From Octopus bimaculoides (taxonomy: Eukaryota), in the NCBI RefSeq assembly GCF_001194135.2, contig NC_068982.1:86827420-86891419 (forward strand): DNA of 64,000 nucleotides, written 5' to 3'. The position numbers were made by a program, and so were the translations under genes. How positions within the stretch are numbered: the first letter of the stretch is position 1; each line of letters starts with the position of its first letter. The notes under the pieces were generated by a model. That model ran no database searches, had not been told where the DNA came from, and saw only the letters and a program-made list of their open reading frames with translations. Positions 13,030 to 24,900 of the stretch are shown in pieces.

Positions 13030-13790
13030 TCATCATCATCATCATTTAATGTTCGTTGTCCATGCTGGCATGGGTTGGATGGTTTGATCAAGGCTGGCAA
13101 GTCGAAAGGCTGCACGAGACTCCAGTCTAATTTGGCATGGTTTCCTCGGCTGGATGCTCTTCCTAATGCCAGCCACTCCAAGATTGTAATGGGTACTTTT
13201 ACTTGTCACTGGCACAGGTGCCATTTGCATGACACCAGTATCTGCCACAACTACGATTTTACTTGTTTTGATGGGTCTTCATCTCAAGCATGGCATAATG
13301 CCAAAGGGTTGAGTCATTCGTCATTGCCTCCATGACGCCCAACACTCGAAAGGTGCTTTTCATATGACACTGGCATGAGTGCCAGTTACATGACACCAGC
13401 ATCGACCACAATTTCACTTGGCTTGATGGGTCTTCTCAAGCACAGCATACTGCGGCATCACAATTTTCTTTCACACACTGTCTTGCAATCCCAAACACTT
13501 CAAGCCTTTGGTTCTCACGTCACTTCTTTTCTGTTTCTCTCCTGGATAGATATACCTGTCTCCTAGCTTTACTTCTGGCTATCCGATACAGTTCCCTGTT
13601 ACCCCCACTCTTCCAGGCTTGTTTCTTTGCTCAAATGCCCTTGTCTACAGCATTGTTCCACCACCACGTCACCCTAGATCTGAATGGGACTTTGCACCAG
13701 TCACAGATTTGGTTTGTGGCACTCAGCAAGCTGTCCCACAGGAATTCCCAGTTGCCCTCAATGTTATAAGTCTGTAGTTCCTTCTCCTTC
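13030..13790 (-). mobile_element. Internally deleted RTE LINE (3'UTR with (GAT)n tail joined to an ORF fragment)
   Basis: 3' end matches other RTE tails (catgctggcatgggttgga). 13470-13790 is a decayed purine-rich coding stretch on the minus strand. Confidence 0.6.
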
Positions 13791-16700
13791 TCATCATCAT
13801 TTTCTTAAAATGATTAATAAATATTAATCCTTCATCAACAAGAAAGAGTTGCATGAATGTGTGTGCCAAATAGGTAGAAAACAAAAAATATCTTTTTCTT
13901 AAGGGTAAATCTTTATACTTATTTTTCTCACAATAAAATTTACAATCTCATTATCAAAAAGTGACATAAAATATTCACACTCCTTTGCATCTGCATTAAT
14001 TCAATTGATATTCCCATGTTATTGTTGTCAAACAAATGTACAAATGGAGAAAAATTAGCATATTTTTTCCATCCAGAGCAAGTTGAAACATCACTCCTCT
14101 GCTATCTAGATCATCATCATCATCATCATCATCAACATTATCGTGATGAAGGAAAGTCCGAAAAAATTTCTTCTTCCATTTCAAACTTGATTTCTTCCAT
14201 TGATAAGGGCTACTTATGATTAATTACATTTGATGAAGTAGACACTCAGGTGTCAATTGATGATGTCTGCCATTTAATGGTTAAATATTGTTCTTAAACT
14301 GCAAATTCAGAATCAGCCTTAGCTAAGTAATGGATGAAGAGTGTTGTCTGTTCATATGACTAGAATCCTGCTCTGCACAGACAATGATTGAATGATATTT
14401 TTCACCACGTATTTTATCCAAAATGTAACTCTCATTAATAACTTGCACAGTTATTGATAAATTCAGTTTGAAATCCAGAAAAATAGCAAATGTGGAGTCA
14501 TTCACTTTTTATTTGCTAATCTTTAATCCTCACAATATTTTCTGTTAAAACTGGACCATAATAGGTCAGGAATTCTATGATCCTCAACAAGTTCCCATAA
14601 TAAATGTTATGGATTTACTGGGATTAGCCATGGAGAGCAAATCTTCTTTGCCTAAGAAAAACTACTATGTCCTTGTAATTACATTTTGCAATTTCTCAGT
14701 CTCTCTTCTAATTCCACATCAATCCCAGTATTGCTTTCTAACCATCTCAGCAACACAATCTATGCTAGATGATAGTTCTTCTGGGCCACACTTATTTCAT
14801 GTTCCAGTAACATGTCAAACAGCTTTCTCTATTTCTACTCTGTATCACAGTTTTCTTTGGATGCCATAATCAATTGAAGCCTTTGCAGTCATGATCCCGC
14901 TGTATGCTAGTAAAGCCTGCAAAGCATCAATACAAGGATTGTATGTTGGGTTTTTACTCATCAGATATTTCATGCTGGGATATATGATGGCCAAAGTCTA
15001 AAACACCATATGTTTTAGGCTTCTTACATGTTGAATGCTTTTTTTTTTGGTGCGGGGGTTGCTTTCATGGTCTCTCTCTTCAAATGCTTCTGTCTTCCAG
15101 AGTTTCTAACGTAGTTGACATTTCATGTTGGTCTTATATATGAATCATATTATCATGATCATAGTCATTAGCAGTGCTGGTACCACCTGACCAGCTGAGG
15201 CAGAATATAGATGTTGGATATGCATTCTGCTGCTGTAGGAGCCAACTTCTAATATCTGGCAACCTCTGACCGATTTCTTCTTTTCTTGCAGAGTTTCCCA
15301 TCTATGCGTCTTTTATGTACCAGATTTATCAGGTTTATGCTGGTTAGAGGAAATAATACAAATTCTGAAATTTTAATAGGAATGAAAACAATTTAGCATT
15401 TAACCCTCAAAACACATGTGTCTTGTGTAGAATTTGCAGTGATGGATACCAGTTTTAGCATTGTGACAACCAGGGACAGATTAAGACCCATATAGGCCCT
15501 AAACATGTAAAAGATTTTGGTAATCCCATATATATGTAATTCGAATTATAAACAATAATAAGCCATGAAATAAATTTTTATTTTTCAAAATGAAAAACTA
15601 ACAGTAAGATGGAAAATAATGTTTATTTTTGTATAAAGGGTAAAGACCCCCTTCGATCATGAATGGCCATGGGATTGCACCTAGAAAGTTCCTCTCTGAG
15701 GCACAAACCTTGGAATGGTTGTTTATGGAAGACTAACAGTCATCCATGCATACCAGTCTCCCCTTTCCATGTCACTGATGTTATCCAAAAGAAAGGCAAA
15801 GGCCGACACAGCTTGACACCAGTAACATTGCAACTCATTTTTACAGCTGAGTCAACTGGAGCAAAGCGAAATAAAGTGTCTTGCTCAAGAACACAACACA
15901 CAGTCTGGTCTGAGAACCGAACTCACTACCTCGTGATTGTGAGCCTGACGCTCTAACCACTAAGACATGCACCCTCATTTTATTTTTGTATACTTCCACT
16001 TTATTTATATTTGAAAAATTTTCTCCCACTTTTCTTTTAATTGCAAAGTTTTTGATCACGTCCTCACTATGACACCATGAACGCTTCAAAATTATATTTC
16101 CAATCATATAAACCACTTCAAATATCATTTTAGCAAGTTCAAGATTATTTCTTTTGTACTGTACCAATTTTAGTATTATATTTATATTTCTGATTGTATA
16201 AACCACTTTGAATATTAATTTAGCAAGTAAGGCAGTGAACGGGCAGAATTGTTAGCGTGCTGGGCAAAATGCTTAGGGCATTTCATCTGTCTTTACATTC
16301 TGAGTTCAAATTCCACCGAGGTCAATTTTACCTTTCATCCTTTCGGAGCTGATGAAATAAAATAAGCCCCAGTTGAATACTGGTGTCAGTGTAATCGAAT
16401 TACGCCCCCATCCCGAAATTACTGGCCTTGTGCCAAAATTTGAAATCAATACAGTAATCCCTCACCATATCACAATTCACCTATCGCGGTTTATTATTCA
16501 AGCTTGTGTTGATTCCTCTGTGGTGTTGTTTTGCATTTATAATAAAATAAATATATACAAATTATAAAAATAATTTTAAAAAACATCTAGTACAGTACTG
16601 TTTCTACTTCGCGTTTTTCTGTATTTATTTAGCAAGTTAAAAGTGATTTCTTTTGTGCCGTAAACCATTTCCCATTTCTGTAGTGGTCTTCCGCTTCTCT

Positions 16701-17519
16701 TGATGTCTTAAGCACGTGCATATTTTGTTTAATGGCTAATCCAACGCTGGTGAAAACAATACACTTTAATGTAGGTTAAAGTTGTTAACTTCTTTATCTT
16801 TTGCACATAGACGTCATCCCCATGCAACTTAAAGACCCTGCAAAAAATCTACACAGCTTTTACGAATAGAGAACTTGAAAATATTATCAATAGGGTTATG
16901 AGATTTTAGTTACCTTCAACAGTACAATGGTATAATTATACTGCATGCTTAGGAAATACTTTCGCATGCTAGACCTTACAATTGTCAATCTCTCTAGGTG
17001 GCTACACATTCTCAATATAACATGATTTGCATCCCAATATATGTATGTTTCTGCTCTTGCGTCAGAAGTGTTAGTGTAGAAAGAATGAAAGCCAAAAGTT
17101 GTGTCCATTGAACTCAATTAAAATGTGACAAGATAAATGTTTTCCTTGTATGTCAGGTGAAAGGCAAACGTTTTTACATATCGTTAAATTATCAGGCTGA
17201 GCAAAAAGTAAGCAACGTTTTGTAACATGAAATTCATCACAATATATTTCAACAATGCGGAAATTTTATTCATCAAAGTAAGTACCATTACAATTGTAAC
17301 TTGATGAGAGATAAGTATGCTACAGAGACCCCCCCCCCCACCAGTCATTTTGTGTAAGACAAGATAGAGGATAAAGGATGAAATAACTGTAGCGAAAAGG
17401 TGAAAGAGCGGTAGATCATAAAGCTGGCATTGGGTCACCATTTAGTAAACGTCTGTGCGAACGTCAGGCTGTGTGTTGGATATCACGTAATTGTAACAGG
17501 ATGAGAGATAAGTAAGCTT

Positions 17520-18500
17520 TACAATCAACACATTTTTGCCAACGAGTCACAAGTTTGTTTATTCCAGTAACATAAAAATCTGGAGTTCAGGAGCTGATGA
17601 ACACTTTCAGCATCGGTTTGATTTTTGAACTCCTCTCGCAGGAAACCATCAAGATGCTTGAAAAAGTGTTAATTGGTAAGAGAAAGGTCTGAGGTATAAG
17701 CTTGGAGGGGAAGAACTTCGAAGCCAAATTCCCTCAACTTCTGGAGCATCATTAGTGAAACGTGTGGTCAAGCATTGTCATGAAGAATGATTGGCCCTCT
17801 TCTATTGAGCAGTCTGGGACGGAGGAGTAGCAGTTTTTCGTTCATTTTGGCAATTTCATGGCAATATGTTTCTGCAGTAATGGTTTTTCCGGGTTTTAGG
17901 ACGTTATAGTGGATGAGTCCTGCAGTACACTACCAAACATTCACCATAACCTTCTTTTTGAAGAGCTCGGGCTTAGGGAAGGTTTTCGGTGCTTCATTTT
18001 GGTCCAACCACCGCGAAGAACGTTTTTTTATTATTGTACAGAATCTACTTTTCATCGCAAGTTACAATACGGTCGAAAAATGGATTGGTCTAGTTACAGA
18101 GAGGAAGCAATGAACAAATTTCATATCTGTGCATTTTCTGATTTTCATTCAAATCGTCCGATACCCATTTGTTGAGATTTTTTGATTTTCCGATCACATG
18201 CAAATGGTTGTAGGCAGTTTTCTGGCTAACTTTTTACAAAATTCAGTAGTTTTACATGGATTTTTGTCAATGACGGTCTTTAACTGACCGTCATCAATAA
18301 TAGATGAGCGTCCACTACAGTCACGAACTTCAAGGCTCAGGTCTCCACTGCAAAATCGTTTAAACCATTTTTGAGCTGACCACTCACTGGTCATTTTCTC
18401 ACCAAACGTTTTGTTGATATCACAAGTAGTTTCAGCTGCTTCACGTCCTTTTTTGAAGTTGAATAGCAAAATTGCTCAAATATCATGCTTTGACAGTTCT
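17520..18500 (-). mobile_element. Decayed mariner transposase remnant
   Basis: Minus-strand ORF 18194-18469 (LFNFKKGREAAETT...KWFKRFCSGDLSL) is a mariner N-terminal HTH. C-terminal KHLDGFLR fragment near 17640. Confidence 0.85.
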
Positions 18501-18542
18501 ATTTCAGATGATTGTAACAATGGGGGGAAAAAAAATCAATGC

Positions 18543-18925
18543 ATAGGGGTGACTGTGTGGTAAGTAGCTTGCTTACCAACCACATGGTTCCGGGTTCAGT
18601 CCCACTGCGTGGCACCTTGGGCAAGTGTCTTCTACTATAGCCTTGGGCCGACCGAAGCCTTGTGAGTGGATTTGGTAGATGGAAACTGAAAGAAGTCCGT
18701 CGTATATATGTATGTGTGTGTGTGTGTATGTTTGTGTCTCTCCCCCAAACATCGCTTGACAACCGATGCTAGTGTGTTTAGGTCCCCGTAACTTAGCGGT
18801 TCGGCAAAAGAAACCGATAGAATAAGTACTAGGTTTACAAAGAATAAGTCCTGGGGTCGATTTGCTCGACTAAAGGCGATGCTCCAGCATGGCCACAGTC
18901 AAATGACTGAAACAAGTAAAAGAGT
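18543..18925 (+). mobile_element. SINE family B, near full length
   Basis: Head-to-tail match to 619-1005. Confidence 0.85.
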
Positions 18926-19678
18926 AACGCTAATTTATTAATGCATTTGGGCAAGTCTGTGTCTGTATTATCAGAAAATTTCGAAAAATTTTTTTTTTTA
19001 ATTCAAGACTGCAAAAATCCGGTACATATTCAACCTGATAGTACCTAATTGAGAACAGCATATAATTGGAACCGTTCGTAATGAAATTACTTTTCTATCT
19101 ACAATTGAATGATAAGTAAAGGGACGTAATTTTAATGCTTTTAAGCTAATGATAACCTCCCTTGTTACATTGCCATGTTCTCAATTTCTTTTTATTTTTA
19201 CGATCAATTTGCTCGTAGTGTCTTACGGTATATTATTTTAATCCACTGGCGGATTCAGTCAATTGTTTCTTTATTCTGTTGTGTCGTGTTGAAAAATTAT
19301 TGATTAGAAAAAAAAGAAACATTTGGAAGATTTTTACTGTTGCACCCGTCTTGTTGAACGGGTGTTATCACTGATCGGCGGACTTTCGGAATAGCTATCA
19401 CAACCTTATGGAGAAGGAAAAGGGCAAGAAATCGATGGAGTTGTTTCTTTCTGTGAAAGATTTTTTTACATTTTTGCCCTTCCCCCAATTTCGTGCCCTT
19501 TTCCGGTAAACACTGGTGTAAGAATATAATGATAATCCAAATATTTTGATACATAAAATATTTCACAGGATCATTTTTTATCTTTTATCTCTTACTTCTT
19601 TCACTCAATAGTCTGCGGCCATGGTGGGGCACCACCTTAAAGAACTTTTAGTCGAAGGAATCAGCCCCAATACTTTTT

Positions 19679-20833
19679 GGGGAGGGTGGGGGTACATGAC
19701 GGAAACATAACCCGACCCCTCCCCCATTTAAAAAAATCTGGGTTTTTTTTTTTTACGGAAACCCACGTTTTCGGCTATGGAGATTCCGATTCTGAAAAAA
19801 AAAAAAAAAAAAAAATTGGCAAAAATCGCAATTTCAACGCTCCCCACCCAATCCCCATTTCTTTATTTTTCACTTTTTCCAGAAATTTTTTGGGGCGAAA
19901 TACGTTGAAAAATACAGAGATTATGATTCTGAGAAAAAAAAAAAAAACTTTGTAAAATTTCAATTTTTCAAAAAAAAAAATTAATATTACCCCCAACTTC
20001 CCCCCCTTGCGATTCTACGACCTTCAAGCAGGCTACTCACATGCTAGAAATAACAGCCAAATCTCAAACAAACTTTTTAGCACATAAGTACATACTTTGT
20101 ATCAAATGCTTTGCTGTATCAGTCTTTGCCTTTCCCTTGGATAACATTGATGGCATGGAGAGGGTAGGATGGTATGCATGGGTGACTGTCGGTCTTCCAT
20201 GAACAAATTTGCCCGGACTTGTACCTTAGAGGGGAACGTTCTAGGTGCAATCTTATGGTCATTCATGACCAAAGGGAATTTTACTCACTTCCCCTAGTAA
20301 CCATACTGGTTCTCTACAAAAACCTGCACTACTGCACCTCCTTCTCATAGATCATTCTCTTATCCACTGGACCCCACCCCACAGGATTTGTAGTTCAGCG
20401 AGGTACATGAATGTTAGATGTTGATGATGAGTTATATATTTTTTGTGGAAATGTTCCTGAATATAACAACACAAAAATAACCACTGCATAGTTAATGATG
20501 ATGATAACGATGATAAAAGTGATGATGATGTTAACTACACTGTTGATGATGACAGTCAAGGCAATGATGAACATGATTATAAGCAATTTAGAATTGTTTT
20601 GTATATATTTATATATATACATATATATACATGTGTGTCTGTGTGTGTAGATAATAGATTGATTACATATTTCTTTCATAATTTCATCGCAGCATATATG
20701 TTGAAATTTTGAAGTTGAGATTTTGCCAAATTTTTTTTCCAGAATCAGAATCTCCATAGCTGAAAACGTGGGTTTCCATAAAAAAAAAATTCAAGTGGGG
20801 GAGGGTTTGGGTTATGTCTCTGCCATATGCGCC
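19679..20833. mobile_element. Non-autonomous DNA element with ~150-bp terminal inverted repeats, inserted in a SINE
   Basis: 19689-~19835 versus ~20700-20833 (acataaccc...ggaaacccacgtttt..gctatggagatt..gattctg...ttggcaaaa). SINE halves continue on both sides. Imperfect 8-bp flanks tacttttt / ttcttttt. Confidence 0.75.
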
Positions 20834-20984
20834 TTCTTTTTTAAGCCCAGTACTTCTTTTACTTATTCTATTGCTCTCTTTTACCGAAGCGCTAAGTTAT
20901 GGGGACATAAACACACCAGCACCAGTTGTCAAACGGTGGTGAGTGACAAACACAGACACACATGCGCATGCACACACTCACCCA

Positions 20985-21908
20985 CACAATGCTATGCATC
21001 ACTTGGAGGTGGATAGGACCCTGTATCTCTCGAAGATGATTGATGCTGACATCACTAGGAGAAGCATCCAGAAAGTGGTCAGGAGCTGTGACAGGTGCCA
21101 GTCCATTGAGCCTGCTCCGTGTGGGCATGAGCAAGGAAACCTTTATGTGAAGCACAACTGGAAGAGACTAGCTGTGGATGTGACGCACTACCGTCAGAGA
21201 ATGTATCTCTCCATGGTCGACTGCAGGCTGGGCCTGATAGCCATTTGGAGGGAGTTGAGGACGGGCATTGCTGACGAGATTTTTAGAGATATGGGATATT
21301 TTTAGAGAGGGGTCCCATGGAAGAACTGCTAATGGACAACAGGGCGGTGTTTCATTTGGAAGTGTTGAGGGATATGCTCGACCAGTGGAAAGTGCGACAC
21401 TTGTTTAGAGCAGTGTATAGGCCAAGCGGTAATGGAATCGTAGAGAGGCACCATCAGACAATCAAGGCCATGGCAGAAAGAGGGCACATTTCGCTGCTGG
21501 AAGCAGTTTTCTGGTATAACATGTCTCCCCGATCCGGACAAGCTGAAGAATCTGTACCACACAGAGCAGTATTTAAATACGAATGGAGACATCCCAGTAA
21601 AGTGCCAGAGTTCCACGAGGAAGAGAAGGAACCCACCTGCATGAAAATAGGGGAGGAAGTTTGTATTAAGCCACCGAAGGCACACTGTACGCCTCAATGG
21701 AGCAGAAGAATGGTGATGGTGGTCAGTTCCAGAAACAACGTCTCCGTGGATGGAATTCCACATCATGTTTTGGACCTTCGCAGGATTGTTGTTTCATCGG
21801 ATGATGATTGTGGAGAGGAGGAGAATAAGGTGCCTAGCTTGAGGAGATCTCGATGCGTAAGGTGCCGGTCTGGTTGGATGGTGGACTTCAATGTGGAGTG
21901 GGGAAGGA
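20985..21908 (+). mobile_element. Gypsy LTR-retrotransposon integrase remnant (5'-truncated, frameshifted)
   Basis: HHCC zinc finger (HNAMHH...CDRC), DVTH, LLMDN and RPSGNGIVERHHQTIK (rve core). Polypurine tract ggagtggggaagga ends at 21908. Confidence 0.9.
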
Positions 21909-22200
21909 TGTGATCTTTAAGATCAGGTTGGTGTGTGGGATGACATCAGTGGCTGGGGAGCTGACCGGAACTTGAGAAGAAGGAGGTGATGCACGCGCAA
22001 GTGGGGGATGATTGTGCTCTTTTTCAATCAGGGAAGCCATGAGTGCAGGATGTGTCAGTGCTTCGACAAGGTGAGGGATAGCAGTTGCTATTTTTAGCGT
22101 TTCAGGATAGGCCATGTGGAAGGGTACATTACCACCTGACAGGTCTGGGTCAACGAAGAGAAGGTAGGTGTCTTACTTCTAATCTCCCGCATTCACTACA
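21909..22200 (+). repeat. Putative 3' LTR (292 bp, TG...CA)
   Basis: TG immediately after the PPT and CA at 22199-22200 before AT-rich flank. No second LTR in the window to confirm the end. Confidence 0.6.
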
Positions 22201-22427
22201 TATGTGTATATACTCTCTATGTATAAAAATATTTTATACACTTTATATTTTAAAAAATATGTCTTATTTATTTATGCATGCTAACTACTAGTAATAAATT
22301 ATTTTAATTTATTACCCTCATATTTACGGTAAGTATATATATATTTATAATTGCAGCGTGAAAGGTGTTTATAAGCCATTTAAGAAACACTCAAAAACCG
22401 TTAGATTCACTTCAACATTTAAATTTA

Positions 22428-22483
22428 ATTTGTGTCAAAATATTTTCGTCGCTTTGAGACTGCGACCTGTTCACTGACAAAAT
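22428..22483 (-). ncRNA. Type-I hammerhead-like motif with swapped G3-C8 core (best-preserved copy), family 2
   Basis: Minus strand ATTTTGTCA GTGAACA G GTCGC agtctcaaa GCGAC GAA AATATT T TGACA c AAAT. Stems I and II pair; stem III is the palindrome AATATT. Confidence 0.65.
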
Positions 22484-22554
22484 TCTGTGAGACCATTTTT
22501 TAAAATACTGATCATACTGATCATGGGAATAAAAACCTCATAGGTAATAATTAT

Positions 22555-22752
22555 TATTAAAATTATAATTAAAGGTATCTAAGAGATACCACCATGCTAG
22601 ATATTGCAGCCAAAACTTGACTCTAAAACCACATTAAATGTTCATACAACACCAGGTACTGTATGAACATTTAATGTGGTTTTAGAGTAAAGTTTTGGCT
22701 GCTATATCTAGCATGGTGGTATCTCTTAGACACCCTTAATTATTATTTTAAT

Positions 22753-22753
<1 letters not shown>
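22555..22753. repeat. Fold-back inverted repeat 3 (94-nt arms, 11-nt loop) followed by (AT)n
   Basis: Arms 22555-22648 and 22660-22753 are near-perfect reverse complements. Confidence 0.92.
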
Positions 22754-22804
<51 letters not shown>

Positions 22805-23124
22805 GTCATTGGCTGTCCATTGTAGTCAATGTTGATTGTTCTGTTCAGTTCTCTGAACAAAACACCTTTGGATGGTGAGTAAGGCAGTTGGTATTCTCCT
22901 CCCACCAGACATCTTCTCTGGGCCACCACACCAAATACAATGTGATGTGCCTGGTCGACAATGCAGCTGCCTCAGTAGCAGCTCATTTGCTAGTTGACAC
23001 CTGGTTGTTGTCTAATAGTATAGATCTTCTCCTTGGCTGCAATAACTTTCAACCCATTGCGCTAGGACTCCTCCTCCTTCACAAGACAAGACAATATATA
23101 TATATATTGTGCTCTTTAATAAAG

Positions 23125-24900
23125 GCTTGACATGGGTCAAGTAATTCAACCCCAAGGGTTCCTTTGATGTGGCAATGGGATTCTTCAACAGCGCTGACAT
23201 TTGTGACCTCATTGGGCTATACATCTTGAACACCTTAGGGAAGAAGTTCTCTTCAATCATCTTCAGTCTCTACAGAGATGATGCCCTGGCAATCTCTAGA
23301 TGAGCCAACGGCCACACCCTTCATAGACTTAGAAAGGACCTGACTTGTGCCTTAGGCTCCATGGAACTCAAAATAACTATTGAGACCAACTTCACCATTG
23401 TAAACTTCCTAGACATCACACTAGACTTGCACTCCCACAAACCAAACACAAGGCTGTCCTACACCTGCCTATCATGTTCAGGAGCCTAGTGAAGGGTGTC
23501 AGCAAGTTGATCTTGAACCTGTCCTCAAATCTAGAAATTTTCAACATTGTGACTCCCTATTACAATGAGGCTCTGGTGTCCAGTGGGTTTAAGGATCGCA
23601 TCACCGATATGCTGGGCCCTAGCACCTGCAAAAAGAAGCACTGCCAGAACATTATTTGGTTTCCCTCACTCTTCTCACTCAACATTAAAACTTATGTGGG
23701 AAGGATATTTTTAGGTTAGTAGACAAGCACTTCACGTAGACACACAGGTATGGACATTTATTCAATAGGCACAACCTTAGAGTCTCCTTTAGTTGTGCAC
23801 TGAACATCAGAAGAATATTGGCAAATACCCATTAAACATGAACAAAGGCTGGTTGCTCATGCAAGAAGTACAATGACTGCCCAGTAGGTGGGGGGGAGGG
23901 GCAATGTGAGGCTGAGGGAGTTGTATATGAGGTTGTGGTGGTTTCCAGCCTTAGCAACCAGAGTAATAGCAGTAGCAGCTCATCCAACATCAACAACAAT
24001 GATGGCAACAGCGGAGGTGGCAGATGACAGCAATGACTGCAGCACCAACACCAGCATGATAGCCAGGGATGACTACTGCAACGGAAACAACTACAGAGAT
24101 ATTGCCAGACGCAAGCCCAATAATAACAGCATTGATGATAGCTCCAACAACAACAACAACAGCAGCAACTACAACTCCAGGCCTGGAGCCAACAGAAGAT
24201 ACAACAGAGGTATGAACACAACTTGCACTCAAATTCGGAGATATATTGGATTGGCTGGAACTGCCTTTAAGCAGCATATGTACAACCACAGGCCCTCTTT
24301 TAGGGTTCTGGAAAGACATTATGTGGTGCCTTAAGGATGAAGGAACTCCATACAAAATTAAATGGAGGATCAGAGAACAGTTGGAGTCCTATATAAACGG
24401 CAGTGGATGATGCATGTTTTGCATGACTTGCTGGACCTGAGATCTCTTAAACTCAAGACATGCGATCTATAGCCCTTGCTCCTATTTCAAACACTACTAG
24501 CTGTGGGTATGGGATTCCCTGTTCATTGATTAGAGTGGGAGAAGTTCATGCAGACCAGAAACAGCCTAAGGACAGAAATTCCGTTTTCCTTTTAGATCCA
24601 TGAGATTTGACAACCGGACCAGTCTAAGGGAAATAACTCGTCCAGTTTAAAGTTCAAACAGTGTATATTATTCTTGGTTTACAAATTGACTGTAACAGTT
24701 TTCTACCTCCAGTTTGAAGAGAGGTTATATGCCCTCCACCATTACAGTCTGACGAGTTGTCTATAAAGCTAAGCGCTTCTTGGATGTGAAACCATTGTTC
24801 ATTCCATGACTGGACATATATTTAACTGCATGTAAATATATTACTGCTCTATCCTTTAGAGTGAGCTTCTTTTTTGGATATATAATCCACTGACGATATA
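23125..24900 (+). mobile_element. Decayed Penelope-like element, Naiad-like (RT + GIY-YIG + 3' terminal region)
   Basis: FDVAMGFFNSADICDLIGLYIL and SLYRDDALAI match the Naiad-type FDVTMGSxDGAExCELVG...YRDDGL pattern. YIGLAGTAFKQHMYNHRPSF is GIY-YIG-like. Ends in (AT)n. Confidence 0.8.
24740..24810 (+). ncRNA. Hammerhead motif (decayed) in the PLE 3' terminal region, family 1
   Basis: CTGACGAG 24749-56, GAAA 24788-91, TTC triplet 24798-800; homologous to 7659-7728. Confidence 0.55.

Noticed and set aside
14900-14975. Minus-strand CTGATGAG
   Set aside because: No downstream GAAA or stems.
16650-16710. Hammerhead-like CGGAAGA...GAAA on the minus strand
   Set aside because: The core is wrong at U4 and stem I does not pair.
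23832-24355. Cys-rich and Val/Ala-rich ORFs on the minus strand
   Set aside because: They are antisense readings of the low-complexity insert within the PLE.
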